A stretch of 64,000 bases of DNA, taken from the NCBI GenBank assembly GCA_049115575.1, contig JAGDZU010000001.1, positions 30,851 to 94,850 on the forward strand. Reading direction: 5' to 3'. This DNA is from Bacteroidia bacterium. Lineage in GTDB: Bacteria > Bacteroidota > Bacteroidia > NS11-12g > UBA9320. The notes beneath the pieces were generated by a model that made no database searches, had not been told where the DNA came from, and was given only the letters and a program-made list of their open reading frames with translations. Both the position numbers and the translations under genes were made by a program. Positions 30,219 to 38,452 of this stretch are shown here, piece by piece (position 1 is the stretch's first letter; every line of letters begins with the position of its first letter).

Positions 30219-30587
30219 TTAAACCAATGTTCGAGGGGGGTGAAAGATTCCTTGAGGATCTTTAGAAAGAATCTTATAGTCAACCCATGGGGCCATAGGT
30301 TTCAATATTTCTTGTTGAAAATTTGGCTGGTCAGTGGTCATTACAAATTGGAGTAGCTTCATTACCAATAATTCTGGATTTTCAGCATTCTGATTGTTTT
30401 GATCCAATTTCATGGTCTTTTGTAGCACGCAATTTCCATTACACTCCAATTCTTTCTTCTCTCTGTTCTCACATAGTTCTTGAACTATATAAGAACGTTC
30501 TACTCCATACCAAACTAAAGTAGATAGATTAATAATAAACCCGGAGGAGATTACCAATGTTAGGAATATGGCTGTCAGCAATTTCAA
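30219..30587 (-). CDS. Hypothetical membrane-anchored small protein with a C-x9-C-x3-C motif
   Basis: N-terminal TM helix and CENREKKELECNGNC; the first gene of a three-gene minus-strand operon. Confidence 0.35.
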   Translation of the reverse strand: MKLLTAIFLTLVISSGFIINLSTLVWYGVERSYIVQELCENREKKELECNGNCVLQKTMKLDQNNQNAENPELLVMKLLQFVMTTDQPNFQQEILKPMAPWVDYKILSKDPQGIFHPPRTLV

Positions 30588-30738
30588 CTGAGCAAAGGTA
30601 AATTCATTAGGGAGCTAGCAATACTGACAAGGGTCATTTTTGTTAATGATTATAGTAAAACAGAGTAGACGATTTTAAGCAGCTGGAAAAATGTGAATAT
30701 ATACAATCTGATTGCCCTTTAACTACCAAATCAAAATG

Positions 30739-30746
30739 TATTTTTG
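30739..30746 (+). promoter_or_regulatory. Bacteroidetes -7 promoter element (TATTTTTG) upstream of sucC
   Basis: TAnnTTTG consensus 9 nt before the start codon region. Confidence 0.35.
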
Positions 30747-30754
30747 CCGCCGAA

Positions 30755-31945
30755 ATGAACATTCACGAATACCAAGCCAAAGAGATTTTGAAAAGCTACG
30801 GAGTAGCAATTCAAGAAGGGGTAGTAATAGATAAGAGAGAAGATGCAATTAGTGCTGGAAAGCGTTTAAAAGAACAAACAGGAACTGATTGGGTAGTTGT
30901 TAAAGCACAAATTCACGCTGGTGGTAGAGGAAAGGGTGGAGGAGTGAAGTTGGCAAAAAATGACGAAGAGCTTCAACAAGTGGTAAATGACATACTCGGG
31001 ATGCAGTTAATTACTCCTCAGACCAGTGCTGAAGGTAAGTTGGTTCGCAAAGTATTGCTAGCTCAAGATGTTTATTATCCTGGAGCAAATGAACCTGACG
31101 AATACTATATGAGTGTGCTTTTAGATAGAGCAAAGCAAAAAAATGTGATTATCTATACCACCGAAGGAGGTATGGATATAGAAGAAGTTGCTGAAACTCA
31201 TCCAGAGAAAATTCATAGAGAATGGGTAGATCCGGCATTGGGTTTACTTCCATTTCAAGCTAGAAAGATTGCTTTCAATTTGGGTTTGAGTGGAGATGCA
31301 TTCAAAGGGATGGTAAAGTTTGTGAATTCATTGTACAAAGCATATACAAGCATAGATGCCACATTATTTGAAATTAATCCTGTGCTGAAAACTTCAGATG
31401 ATAAAATTATTGCGGTAGATTCTAAAGTGACTTTAGATGACAACGCTCTATATCGTCACAAAGATTATGCAGAGTTAAGAGATGAGGGAGAAGAAGATCC
31501 AACAGAAGTAGAAGCAAAAAAATCTGGATTAAACTTCATTAAACTAGATGGCAATGTGGGATGTATGGTTAATGGCGCAGGCCTTGCCATGGCAACCATG
31601 GATATTATCAAATTGAGTGGAGGAGAACCTGCCAACTTTTTGGATGTTGGAGGGGGGGCAAACCCAACAACAGTAGAAGCTGGATTCAAGATAATTTTGC
31701 AGGACCCTAATGTAAAGGCCATACTAATCAATATTTTTGGTGGTATTGTTCGTTGTGATAGAGTAGCAAATGGAGTAGTAGAAGCTTATAAAAACTTTGG
31801 TGAGATACCAGTGCCTATTATTGTTAGACTGCAAGGGACCAATGCAGAAGAAGCCAAGAAGATCATAGATGATAGTGGCTTAAAAGTACAGTCAGCCATT
31901 ATTCTCCAAGAGGCAGCAGATAAAATCAAGGAAGTACTTTCATAG
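30755..31945 (+). CDS. sucC: Succinate--CoA ligase (ADP-forming) beta subunit
   Basis: [18 protein letters not shown]-terminus and an ATP-grasp domain. Confidence 0.9.
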   Translation: MNIHEYQAKEILKSYGVAIQEGVVIDKREDAISAGKRLKEQTGTDWVVVKAQIHAGGRGKGGGVKLAKNDEELQQVVNDILGMQLITPQTSAEGKLVRKVLLAQDVYYPGANEPDEYYMSVLLDRAKQKNVIIYTTEGGMDIEEVAETHPEKIHREWVDPALGLLPFQARKIAFNLGLSGDAFKGMVKFVNSLYKAYTSIDATLFEINPVLKTSDDKIIAVDSKVTLDDNALYRHKDYAELRDEGEEDPTEVEAKKSGLNFIKLDGNVGCMVNGAGLAMATMDIIKLSGGEPANFLDVGGGANPTTVEAGFKIILQDPNVKAILINIFGGIVRCDRVANGVVEAYKNFGEIPVPIIVRLQGTNAEEAKKIIDDSGLKVQSAIILQEAADKIKEVLS

Positions 31946-31949
31946 AGTC

Positions 31950-32570
31950 TTGAGTGAATTAATAGGCATACTTCCTCATAATATTGATCAGCGCAAAATA
32001 GCGGAGCTAGTAGCGGCCTTGAAAAAAGGCAAGATAATAATAGTTCCAACAGACAGTATCTATGCCATTGCTGGAGATTTAAATCACCGTAGCGTATTAG
32101 ATAAAATCAGTAGGCTAACAGATAAAAAAGCCAATAAGATCAAGCTATCTATTCTATGTAAAGACTTGAGCAATCTGTCTTACTATACTCATCAGATAGA
32201 CAATGACACATATAAGTTAATGAATAGGCTACTGCCTGGGCCATTTACATTTGTTTTAAAGGCAAGTAATAATGTGCCTAAGATATTTAGGCAGAACAAA
32301 AAGACTATTGGGATACGTGTTCCAGACAATGCCATAGTTCAGGCAATAATTGAAGAATTGGGCAATCCATTGGTATCAACATCCATACATTCAGAAAACG
32401 AGATTCAAACTTATCTCACAGAGATTGAGGAAATCTATGAAGCTTGGGGCAGCAAAGTAGATTATATAGTTGATGGAGGCACTGGTGGAAATGTTGGTTC
32501 CACGGTCATAGATGCAAGTGGAGATGAGATGGTGTTACTAAGAGAAGGCAAAGGTGCTGAGCTCTTATGA
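31950..32570 (+). CDS. tsaC: L-threonylcarbamoyladenylate synthase (YrdC/Sua5 family)
   Basis: YrdC-domain motifs (IIVPTDSIYAIAGD, TSIH), 206 aa. Confidence 0.8.
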   Translation: MSELIGILPHNIDQRKIAELVAALKKGKIIIVPTDSIYAIAGDLNHRSVLDKISRLTDKKANKIKLSILCKDLSNLSYYTHQIDNDTYKLMNRLLPGPFTFVLKASNNVPKIFRQNKKTIGIRVPDNAIVQAIIEELGNPLVSTSIHSENEIQTYLTEIEEIYEAWGSKVDYIVDGGTGGNVGSTVIDASGDEMVLLREGKGAELL

Positions 32571-32851
32571 TGGTGCTGTATTTCATTATTGCAATTCTTA
32601 AAATTGTTGCCATTCTCAAGGGGATCAAAATATTGGTGCTTGTTCTTGAGGATAAATTAGAATGGATCGATTTAATTGATTTTCGGCCTTTTGGTAAAGA
32701 ACATCTCAAGATTAAGGACTTGGCAAAGACTTACACCAATTGGAAAAAACCAGTCTATTTAGCTCTGCTTTACAGTTACTCGTTCCTTGTGACTGTGCTA
32801 ATTCTTGGTACAGTCTTATGGCTGGGATACAACGGAATAAGATCAATGTAA
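32567..32851 (+). CDS. Hypothetical small two-TM membrane protein
   Basis: Two hydrophobic helices; ORF only. Confidence 0.3.
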   Translation: MMVLYFIIAILKIVAILKGIKILVLVLEDKLEWIDLIDFRPFGKEHLKIKDLAKTYTNWKKPVYLALLYSYSFLVTVLILGTVLWLGYNGIRSM

Positions 32852-32872
32852 AAGAAAGACAAACCGCTAACT

Positions 32873-34342
32873 TTGTTCGGAATGATTCCGGTACTTACTA
32901 GCGAGCAAATCAGACTACAAGATCAACTTACCATAGAGAGTGAGCCTATTAGCAGTTTGGATTTAATGGAAAGGGCTGCTAGAGTGCTTTCCGATGCTCT
33001 AACGAGCTATATGAGCTTCGATACTGCATTAATATTTTGCGGACCAGGAAACAATGGAGGAGATGGACTGGCAATGGCAAGGATGCTCAGCGAGGCAGGT
33101 AAAACTATAAGGGTTTGCATTCCAACTTCTAATTCTTCAAAAGATTTTCAAGCAAATTTAGACCGACTGCCTTCAACAGTTGAGCGAGTAGATTTTAACT
33201 CAATAGTACCTGAAGGAGAATTAATCATAGACGCCATTTTTGGAACTGGCTTGAGTCGTGAAGTTGATGGGATCTACAAGGATTGGATTAGCTGGATTAA
33301 CACTCAGGCTTGCAAGGTGGTGGCAGTAGACATGCCAAGTGGAATGCCAGATACACCTCAATGGGCTTTGGCTATTGAAAATTGCATTAGCGCTGAAAAA
33401 GTATTAACTCTACAATTTCCTAAGCTGAGCTTGCTTCTACCGTATTGTGATGGTTTTGCAGAAAGCATAGAAATACTGGATATTGGGTTGAAGGAATTTG
33501 AAGGCCAATCTAATTTTCAATTTGTTGAAAGTTCAGACATATCAAGCTTGTTGAAACACAGAAAACGTTTCACGCATAAGTATAAGGAGGGATCTGCATT
33601 ACTTGTAGGTGGAAGCAAAGGAAAAACAGGCTCTATAGTGTTGGCTTCTGAAGCGGCTTTCAGGGCAGGAGCAGGATTGGTAAATGCTCATGTGCCTTCT
33701 TGTGTTTTAAGCGGTTTGCAGCAGTATTTACCTGAAGTAATGTATAGCGTATCTGGAGAAAACATTCTCTTGTCATTCCCGTCTGATGTTAACAAAGTCA
33801 GTGCTATAGGAATAGGACCAGGACTGGGTTTAGAAAAAGAATTGACCGTGGTGCTGAATAGTGCCATGAATGCAGATATTCCATTGGTAATGGATGCAGA
33901 TGCATTGCGTTTATTGTCAGAGCACAGTTTGTTCCATGAACTACCAAATGGTTGCATACTTACTCCACACGAAGGTGAATTCAAAGCAATGGTAGGACCA
34001 TGGCAGGATGAAAGCGAAAAGCTTGGAAAGTTGATGAATTTTAGTAATCAGTACAATGTGGTTACCATTCTCAAAGGAGCCTACACTCTTATTTGTGACG
34101 GAAACAATATCTTCTTTAATTCCTCTGGGCATCCAGCAATGGCCACGGCTGGTAGTGGCGATGTGCTTTTGGGAATATTAACCTCCTTATTAGCTCAATC
34201 ATATAAACCACTTAGTGCTGCATTGGCAGGAGTTTATTTGCATGGATTTGCAGCTGAAATCTTCCTGAAAAACAATAAAAGTGCAACCTTAATGGCTAGT
34301 GATATCTCAAAAAGTCTAGGAAGTGCTATGGCATTGATTTAG
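32873..34342 (+). CDS. nnr: Bifunctional NAD(P)H-hydrate repair enzyme (epimerase YjeF_N + ADP-dependent dehydratase)
   Basis: N-terminal YjeF_N (CGPGNNGGDG) and a C-terminal carbohydrate-kinase-like dehydratase (GSGDVLLG). Confidence 0.8.
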   Translation: MFGMIPVLTSEQIRLQDQLTIESEPISSLDLMERAARVLSDALTSYMSFDTALIFCGPGNNGGDGLAMARMLSEAGKTIRVCIPTSNSSKDFQANLDRLPSTVERVDFNSIVPEGELIIDAIFGTGLSREVDGIYKDWISWINTQACKVVAVDMPSGMPDTPQWALAIENCISAEKVLTLQFPKLSLLLPYCDGFAESIEILDIGLKEFEGQSNFQFVESSDISSLLKHRKRFTHKYKEGSALLVGGSKGKTGSIVLASEAAFRAGAGLVNAHVPSCVLSGLQQYLPEVMYSVSGENILLSFPSDVNKVSAIGIGPGLGLEKELTVVLNSAMNADIPLVMDADALRLLSEHSLFHELPNGCILTPHEGEFKAMVGPWQDESEKLGKLMNFSNQYNVVTILKGAYTLICDGNNIFFNSSGHPAMATAGSGDVLLGILTSLLAQSYKPLSAALAGVYLHGFAAEIFLKNNKSATLMASDISKSLGSAMALI

Positions 34343-34441
34343 CTTTGTGTATCTTGAGTTACACACAGGTTATTAACAATAATGCCTAACTTTGGAGCTA
34401 GATTATCACACTTACAGTGTAATGTGACTGACCTTAGTATT

Positions 34442-34939
34442 ATGAAGAGACGACTAATTAAATCAACACTCCTGATAGGAGCTCTGGTTATTTTAAGCAC
34501 AGTTTCAGCTCGTGCGCAAGCTTTGCAAAGACAATCGATTGGTTTTATAGGTGGATCCACCGATTTTACTCAAGGATTGTTTGTTCAATCGATAGTTGGG
34601 CAGCCCTATTCCTTGACTCCATCTTCCTTTGATTCATATTATGTAAATCCTGGATTCGAACAAAGTGCTCTAGTGCAAACAGCACCTCTTGAATTAGAAA
34701 TCAATACCCTCATTTATCCCAATCCAGCAAATGCCACTTTAAATATAGAAGTAGATGTAGCAGATGTAAGAATGTCTATTATGGATCTTCATGGAAGATC
34801 CGTTTACCATGCAGAACTTGCTGAAAACCAAATTCATAATGTAGACTGTAAGAACTGGTCGGCAGGAACATATTTTGTACTTTTTTTTAAGAACGATCAC
34901 CAAATACAAGCTTCAAAGCTTGTTATAGCACACCAATAA
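34442..34939 (+). CDS. Small secreted protein with a T9SS type A C-terminal sorting domain (Por_Secre_tail)
   Basis: Signal peptide (MKRRLIKSTLLIGALVILSTVSARAQ) and a C-terminal CTD (LIYPNPANATLNIEV ... GTYFVLF ... KLVIAHQ). Only about 60 residues of passenger lie between them. TAGCTTTG -7 motif at 34340-34347. Confidence 0.6.
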   Translation: MKRRLIKSTLLIGALVILSTVSARAQALQRQSIGFIGGSTDFTQGLFVQSIVGQPYSLTPSSFDSYYVNPGFEQSALVQTAPLELEINTLIYPNPANATLNIEVDVADVRMSIMDLHGRSVYHAELAENQIHNVDCKNWSAGTYFVLFFKNDHQIQASKLVIAHQ

Positions 34940-34940
34940 A

Positions 34941-35570
34941 ATGAAACAATATTTATCATATTTAAGCATTGTCCTTTTGCTTCTAATAGGAGCAAATGAA
35001 TCAAAAGCGCAATTGAGATTAACAGTGGAAGCTTCCCAGTTTAGCTCAAATTTCCTTTTCACAGATAGTGATGGAGAACGGGATAACAACTATACGGCTA
35101 AGCTAACCGGAGCTTATAGAGTTGGTTACCAAGTAAAATGGAATAGTGGAATTTATTTTAGGAATTCTATTGGGATTCGTAAAGCTGGCGCCACTTATGA
35201 ATTTAATGGAATTAATAATGATTGGGATTTACAATATGTTGAATTCCAGTTGGGACTTGGTTATATGAAGTATATGGAATCAATTGGAGTTTATATAGCC
35301 GTATCTCCATATTATGCTCATTTAACTAGAGGAAATCAGAGGTTAAGCGGAATCAACTATAATCTGGTTAATTCAGATAACTTTAATGTAAATGAGATTG
35401 GAGTGACTGCACGAGGAGGATTGCTCATTGATCTATCTGAGCAACTCGATTTGAATGTTGGGGTTTCATTCCTTAGAGGATTCACAAACCTTGAACTTGA
35501 AGATAATGGGCAAATAACAAATAGTCAATCTATGGGATTTGACTTGGGATTAGCATTTAAAATTGATTAA
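34941..35570 (+). CDS. Small outer-membrane beta-barrel protein (8-strand OmpW/PorT-like size)
   Basis: Signal peptide, 209 aa, alternating hydrophobic strands, C-terminal LGLAFKID; 1-nt gap from the preceding gene. Confidence 0.5.
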   Translation: MKQYLSYLSIVLLLLIGANESKAQLRLTVEASQFSSNFLFTDSDGERDNNYTAKLTGAYRVGYQVKWNSGIYFRNSIGIRKAGATYEFNGINNDWDLQYVEFQLGLGYMKYMESIGVYIAVSPYYAHLTRGNQRLSGINYNLVNSDNFNVNEIGVTARGGLLIDLSEQLDLNVGVSFLRGFTNLELEDNGQITNSQSMGFDLGLAFKID

Positions 35571-35573
35571 GAA

Positions 35574-38423
35574 ATGAAAAAGATTGTATTTAAATTTACT
35601 GTACTATCCTTAGTGCTTGGGTTCAGTTTTATAGCCCATGGACAAACTAGACCTCCTTTAGAAGGAATAAGCTATCAAGCGGTGATTCTTGATACTGAAG
35701 GTCAGGACCTAGTTGGTGTAGATGCCACTGGACTGCCTTTGCACAAACGAACAATAACTTTAAAGTTCACAATTACAAGTGGAAACAATGGGCCTGTCTA
35801 TTATGAGGAAACTCATTCCACTGCAACAGATCCTTATGGGCTTGTTTCTGTTGTAATTGGTAAGGGCAACTTATCGGGTCAGGGCCAGTTTACAGATTTA
35901 ATGGATTTGCCTTGGAATTTGGTGGATCAATGGTTGATAGTAGGGGTAGATGTTAACAACGATGGAGTTTTCTCAGTATTGAGTAATCAAAAATTCATGG
36001 CTGTACCTTTCGCTTATTATGCAGATAGAATTTCTGATAATTCTATTGGATCTGAACAAATACTAGATGAGTCAATAACTGCTAACGACATAGATACGGG
36101 AGCGGTAACCACTTCTGAGATTTTGGACGAAACCATCTTAGCAGAAGACATTGCCACTGGAGCAGTATCCTCAGATGAGATTTTGAACGAAACCATCTTG
36201 GCTGAAGATATTGCTACTGGAGCGGTAACTACAGATGAGATTCTGAACGAAACCATCTTAGCAGAAGACATTGCCACTGGAGCGGTAACTACAGATGAGA
36301 TTCTGAACGAAACCATCTTGGCTGAAGATATCGCCACTGGAGCGGTAACTACAGATGAGATATTGAACGAAACCATCTTGGCTGAAGATATTGCCACTGG
36401 AGCGGTAACTACAGATGAGATTTTGAATGAAACCATCTTGGCTGAAGATATCGCCACTGGCGCAGTAACTACAGATGAGATTCTGAACGAAACCATCTTG
36501 GCTGAAGATATCGCCACTGGAGCGGTAACTACAGATGAGATTTTGGACGAAACCATTACGGCTGATGATATTGGTCCTGGTGCTGTTACAGGTGATGAAA
36601 TTTTAGACGAGTCAATTACTGCGGACGACATAGACACAGGAGCCGTAACAACATCCGAAATCTTAAACGAAACCATTTTGGCTGAAGATATCGCCACTGG
36701 CGCTGTAACTACAGATGAGATCTTGGACGAGACCATCTTGGCAGAAGACATTGCCACAGGTGCGGTAGAGACTTCAGAGATTTTGAATGAAACCATTTTA
36801 GCGGAAGATATTGCCACAGGAGCAGTAGAGACTTCGGAGATCTTGAATGAGACCATCTTGGCAGAAGACATTGCCACAGGTGCGGTAGAGACTTCAGAGA
36901 TCTTGAATGAGACAATCTTGGCAGAAGACATCGCGACTGGAGCGGTTGAGACTTCGGAGATCTTAAATGAAACCATACAAGCTGAAGATATAGATACAGG
37001 CGCAGTAACAACCTCAGAAATCTTGGATGAAACTATTTTAGCTGAGGATATTGCAAGTGGAGCGGTGACTACAGATGAGATCTTAGATGAAACAATTCAA
37101 GCTGAAGATATAGATACGGGTGCTGTCACAACTTCTGAAATCTTGAACGAAACTATACTAGCAGAAGATATTGGAACGGGTTCCGTAGAAACTTCAGAGA
37201 TATTGGATGAGACCATTCTAGCGGAAGATATCGCTACTGGTGCTGTAGAGACCTCAGAGATTTTGGATGAGACCATCTTGGCGGAAGACATCGCTACAGG
37301 AGCAGTAGAAACTTCGGAGATTTTAGATGAGACCATCTTGGCGGAAGATATCGCTACTGGAGCAGTAGAAACTTCGGAGATTTTAGATGAGACCATTTTA
37401 GCAGAAGACATTGCTACTGGAGCAGTAGAGACCTCAGAGATTTTGGATGAGACCATTCTAGCGGAAGATATCGCTACTGGTGCAGTAGAGACCTCAGAGA
37501 TTTTGGATGAGACCATCTTGGCGGAAGACATTGCTACTGGTGCAGTAGAGACCTCTGAGATATTGGATGAGACCATTTTAGCGGAAGATATCGCTACTGG
37601 TGCAGTGGAGACTTCTGAAATCTTAGATGAGACCGTTTTGGCGGAAGACATCGCTACAGGAGCAGTAGAAACTTCTGAAATCTTAGATGAGACGATCTTG
37701 GCAGAAGATATCGCTACAGGTGCAGTAGAGACCTCTGAGATATTGAATGAGACCATTCTAGCGGAAGACATTGCTACTGGAGCAGTGGAGACTTCTGAGA
37801 TATTGGATGAGACCATTATGGCCGGAGATATCGCTACGGGTGCTGTTACGTCTTCAGAGATTCTTAACGGAACTATAGTGAATGATGATATTGCCGATGG
37901 AACAATTGATGCTTCGAGCAAACTTAATGGTGTTGTTCCCGTTTCTATTGGAGGTACTGGTCGTTCTGATGTAAGCTCTGGAAGCTTAGTTGTAGGCAAC
38001 GGCACAGCTCCTCTTGGAACTCTTCCGGTTAATGATTCGATTATGGTGATTACTAATATTTCGGGTACAACTGAGCTTTATAAAGTAACAGCAGGTCTTC
38101 GTACTTTCTTGAATATTGACACAGTGAATAAGACCATAGAGATTTCAGCTATAGACCAAAGCGGTGGTCCAAATACAGGGACAGGTTCTGTATCCGTTCC
38201 AAATTTAAGTCCAGGTGATCAGGTTGAACGTAACTTTCCATCTTCAGGTGTGGAAATTGGTGACATAATTCTAGCAACTTTGGACACAGACCTAGAAGGA
38301 CTGACCTTGACCGCCTATGTGAGACAAAATGGGCAAGTACGGGTTATTTTCTACAATGGATCCAATCAAAATGTGAACCTTGGACCGGTGAATGTGAGTT
38401 TTGCCAATTTTGGTCAACCGTAA
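35574..38423 (+). CDS. Secreted, highly acidic tandem-repeat protein: about 31 copies of a 20-aa unit (consensus sEILdETILAEDIATGAVet) between unique N- and C-terminal domains of about 150 aa each
   Basis: Signal peptide, in-frame 60-bp DNA periodicity across roughly 1.86 kb, unique termini, and no T9SS CTD. Confidence 0.7.
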   Translation: MKKIVFKFTVLSLVLGFSFIAHGQTRPPLEGISYQAVILDTEGQDLVGVDATGLPLHKRTITLKFTITSGNNGPVYYEETHSTATDPYGLVSVVIGKGNLSGQGQFTDLMDLPWNLVDQWLIVGVDVNNDGVFSVLSNQKFMAVPFAYYADRISDNSIGSEQILDESITANDIDTGAVTTSEILDETILAEDIATGAVSSDEILNETILAEDIATGAVTTDEILNETILAEDIATGAVTTDEILNETILAEDIATGAVTTDEILNETILAEDIATGAVTTDEILNETILAEDIATGAVTTDEILNETILAEDIATGAVTTDEILDETITADDIGPGAVTGDEILDESITADDIDTGAVTTSEILNETILAEDIATGAVTTDEILDETILAEDIATGAVETSEILNETILAEDIATGAVETSEILNETILAEDIATGAVETSEILNETILAEDIATGAVETSEILNETIQAEDIDTGAVTTSEILDETILAEDIASGAVTTDEILDETIQAEDIDTGAVTTSEILNETILAEDIGTGSVETSEILDETILAEDIATGAVETSEILDETILAEDIATGAVETSEILDETILAEDIATGAVETSEILDETILAEDIATGAVETSEILDETILAEDIATGAVETSEILDETILAEDIATGAVETSEILDETILAEDIATGAVETSEILDETVLAEDIATGAVETSEILDETILAEDIATGAVETSEILNETILAEDIATGAVETSEILDETIMAGDIATGAVTSSEILNGTIVNDDIADGTIDASSKLNGVVPVSIGGTGRSDVSSGSLVVGNGTAPLGTLPVNDSIMVITNISGTTELYKVTAGLRTFLNIDTVNKTIEISAIDQSGGPNTGTGSVSVPNLSPGDQVERNFPSSGVEIGDIILATLDTDLEGLTLTAYVRQNGQVRVIFYNGSNQNVNLGPVNVSFANFGQP
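36061..37920 (+). repeat. In-frame 60-bp tandem repeat array (about 31 units) within the 949-aa CDS
   Basis: Direct inspection shows units differing almost exclusively at synonymous codon positions. Two sub-families are present, a ...TTDEILNETIL... block and a ...ETSEILDETIL... block. Confidence 0.9.
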
Positions 38424-38452
38424 ACTCCGAGTTTAGTAAATACATTGGAAAT

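Noticed and set aside
36061-37920. Regularly spaced 60-bp repeats considered as a possible CRISPR array
   Set aside because: The units are contiguous with no spacers, in-frame within a single long ORF, and vary at wobble positions. No cas genes are nearby.
36017-38005. Long minus-strand ORFs (319, 100 and 302 aa; SAKMVSFKISEVSTAPVA… repeats) antisense to the repeat protein
   Set aside because: They are mirror-image artefacts of the 60-bp in-frame tandem repeat. They are low-complexity, have no start context, and overlap a well-supported plus-strand CDS with unique termini.
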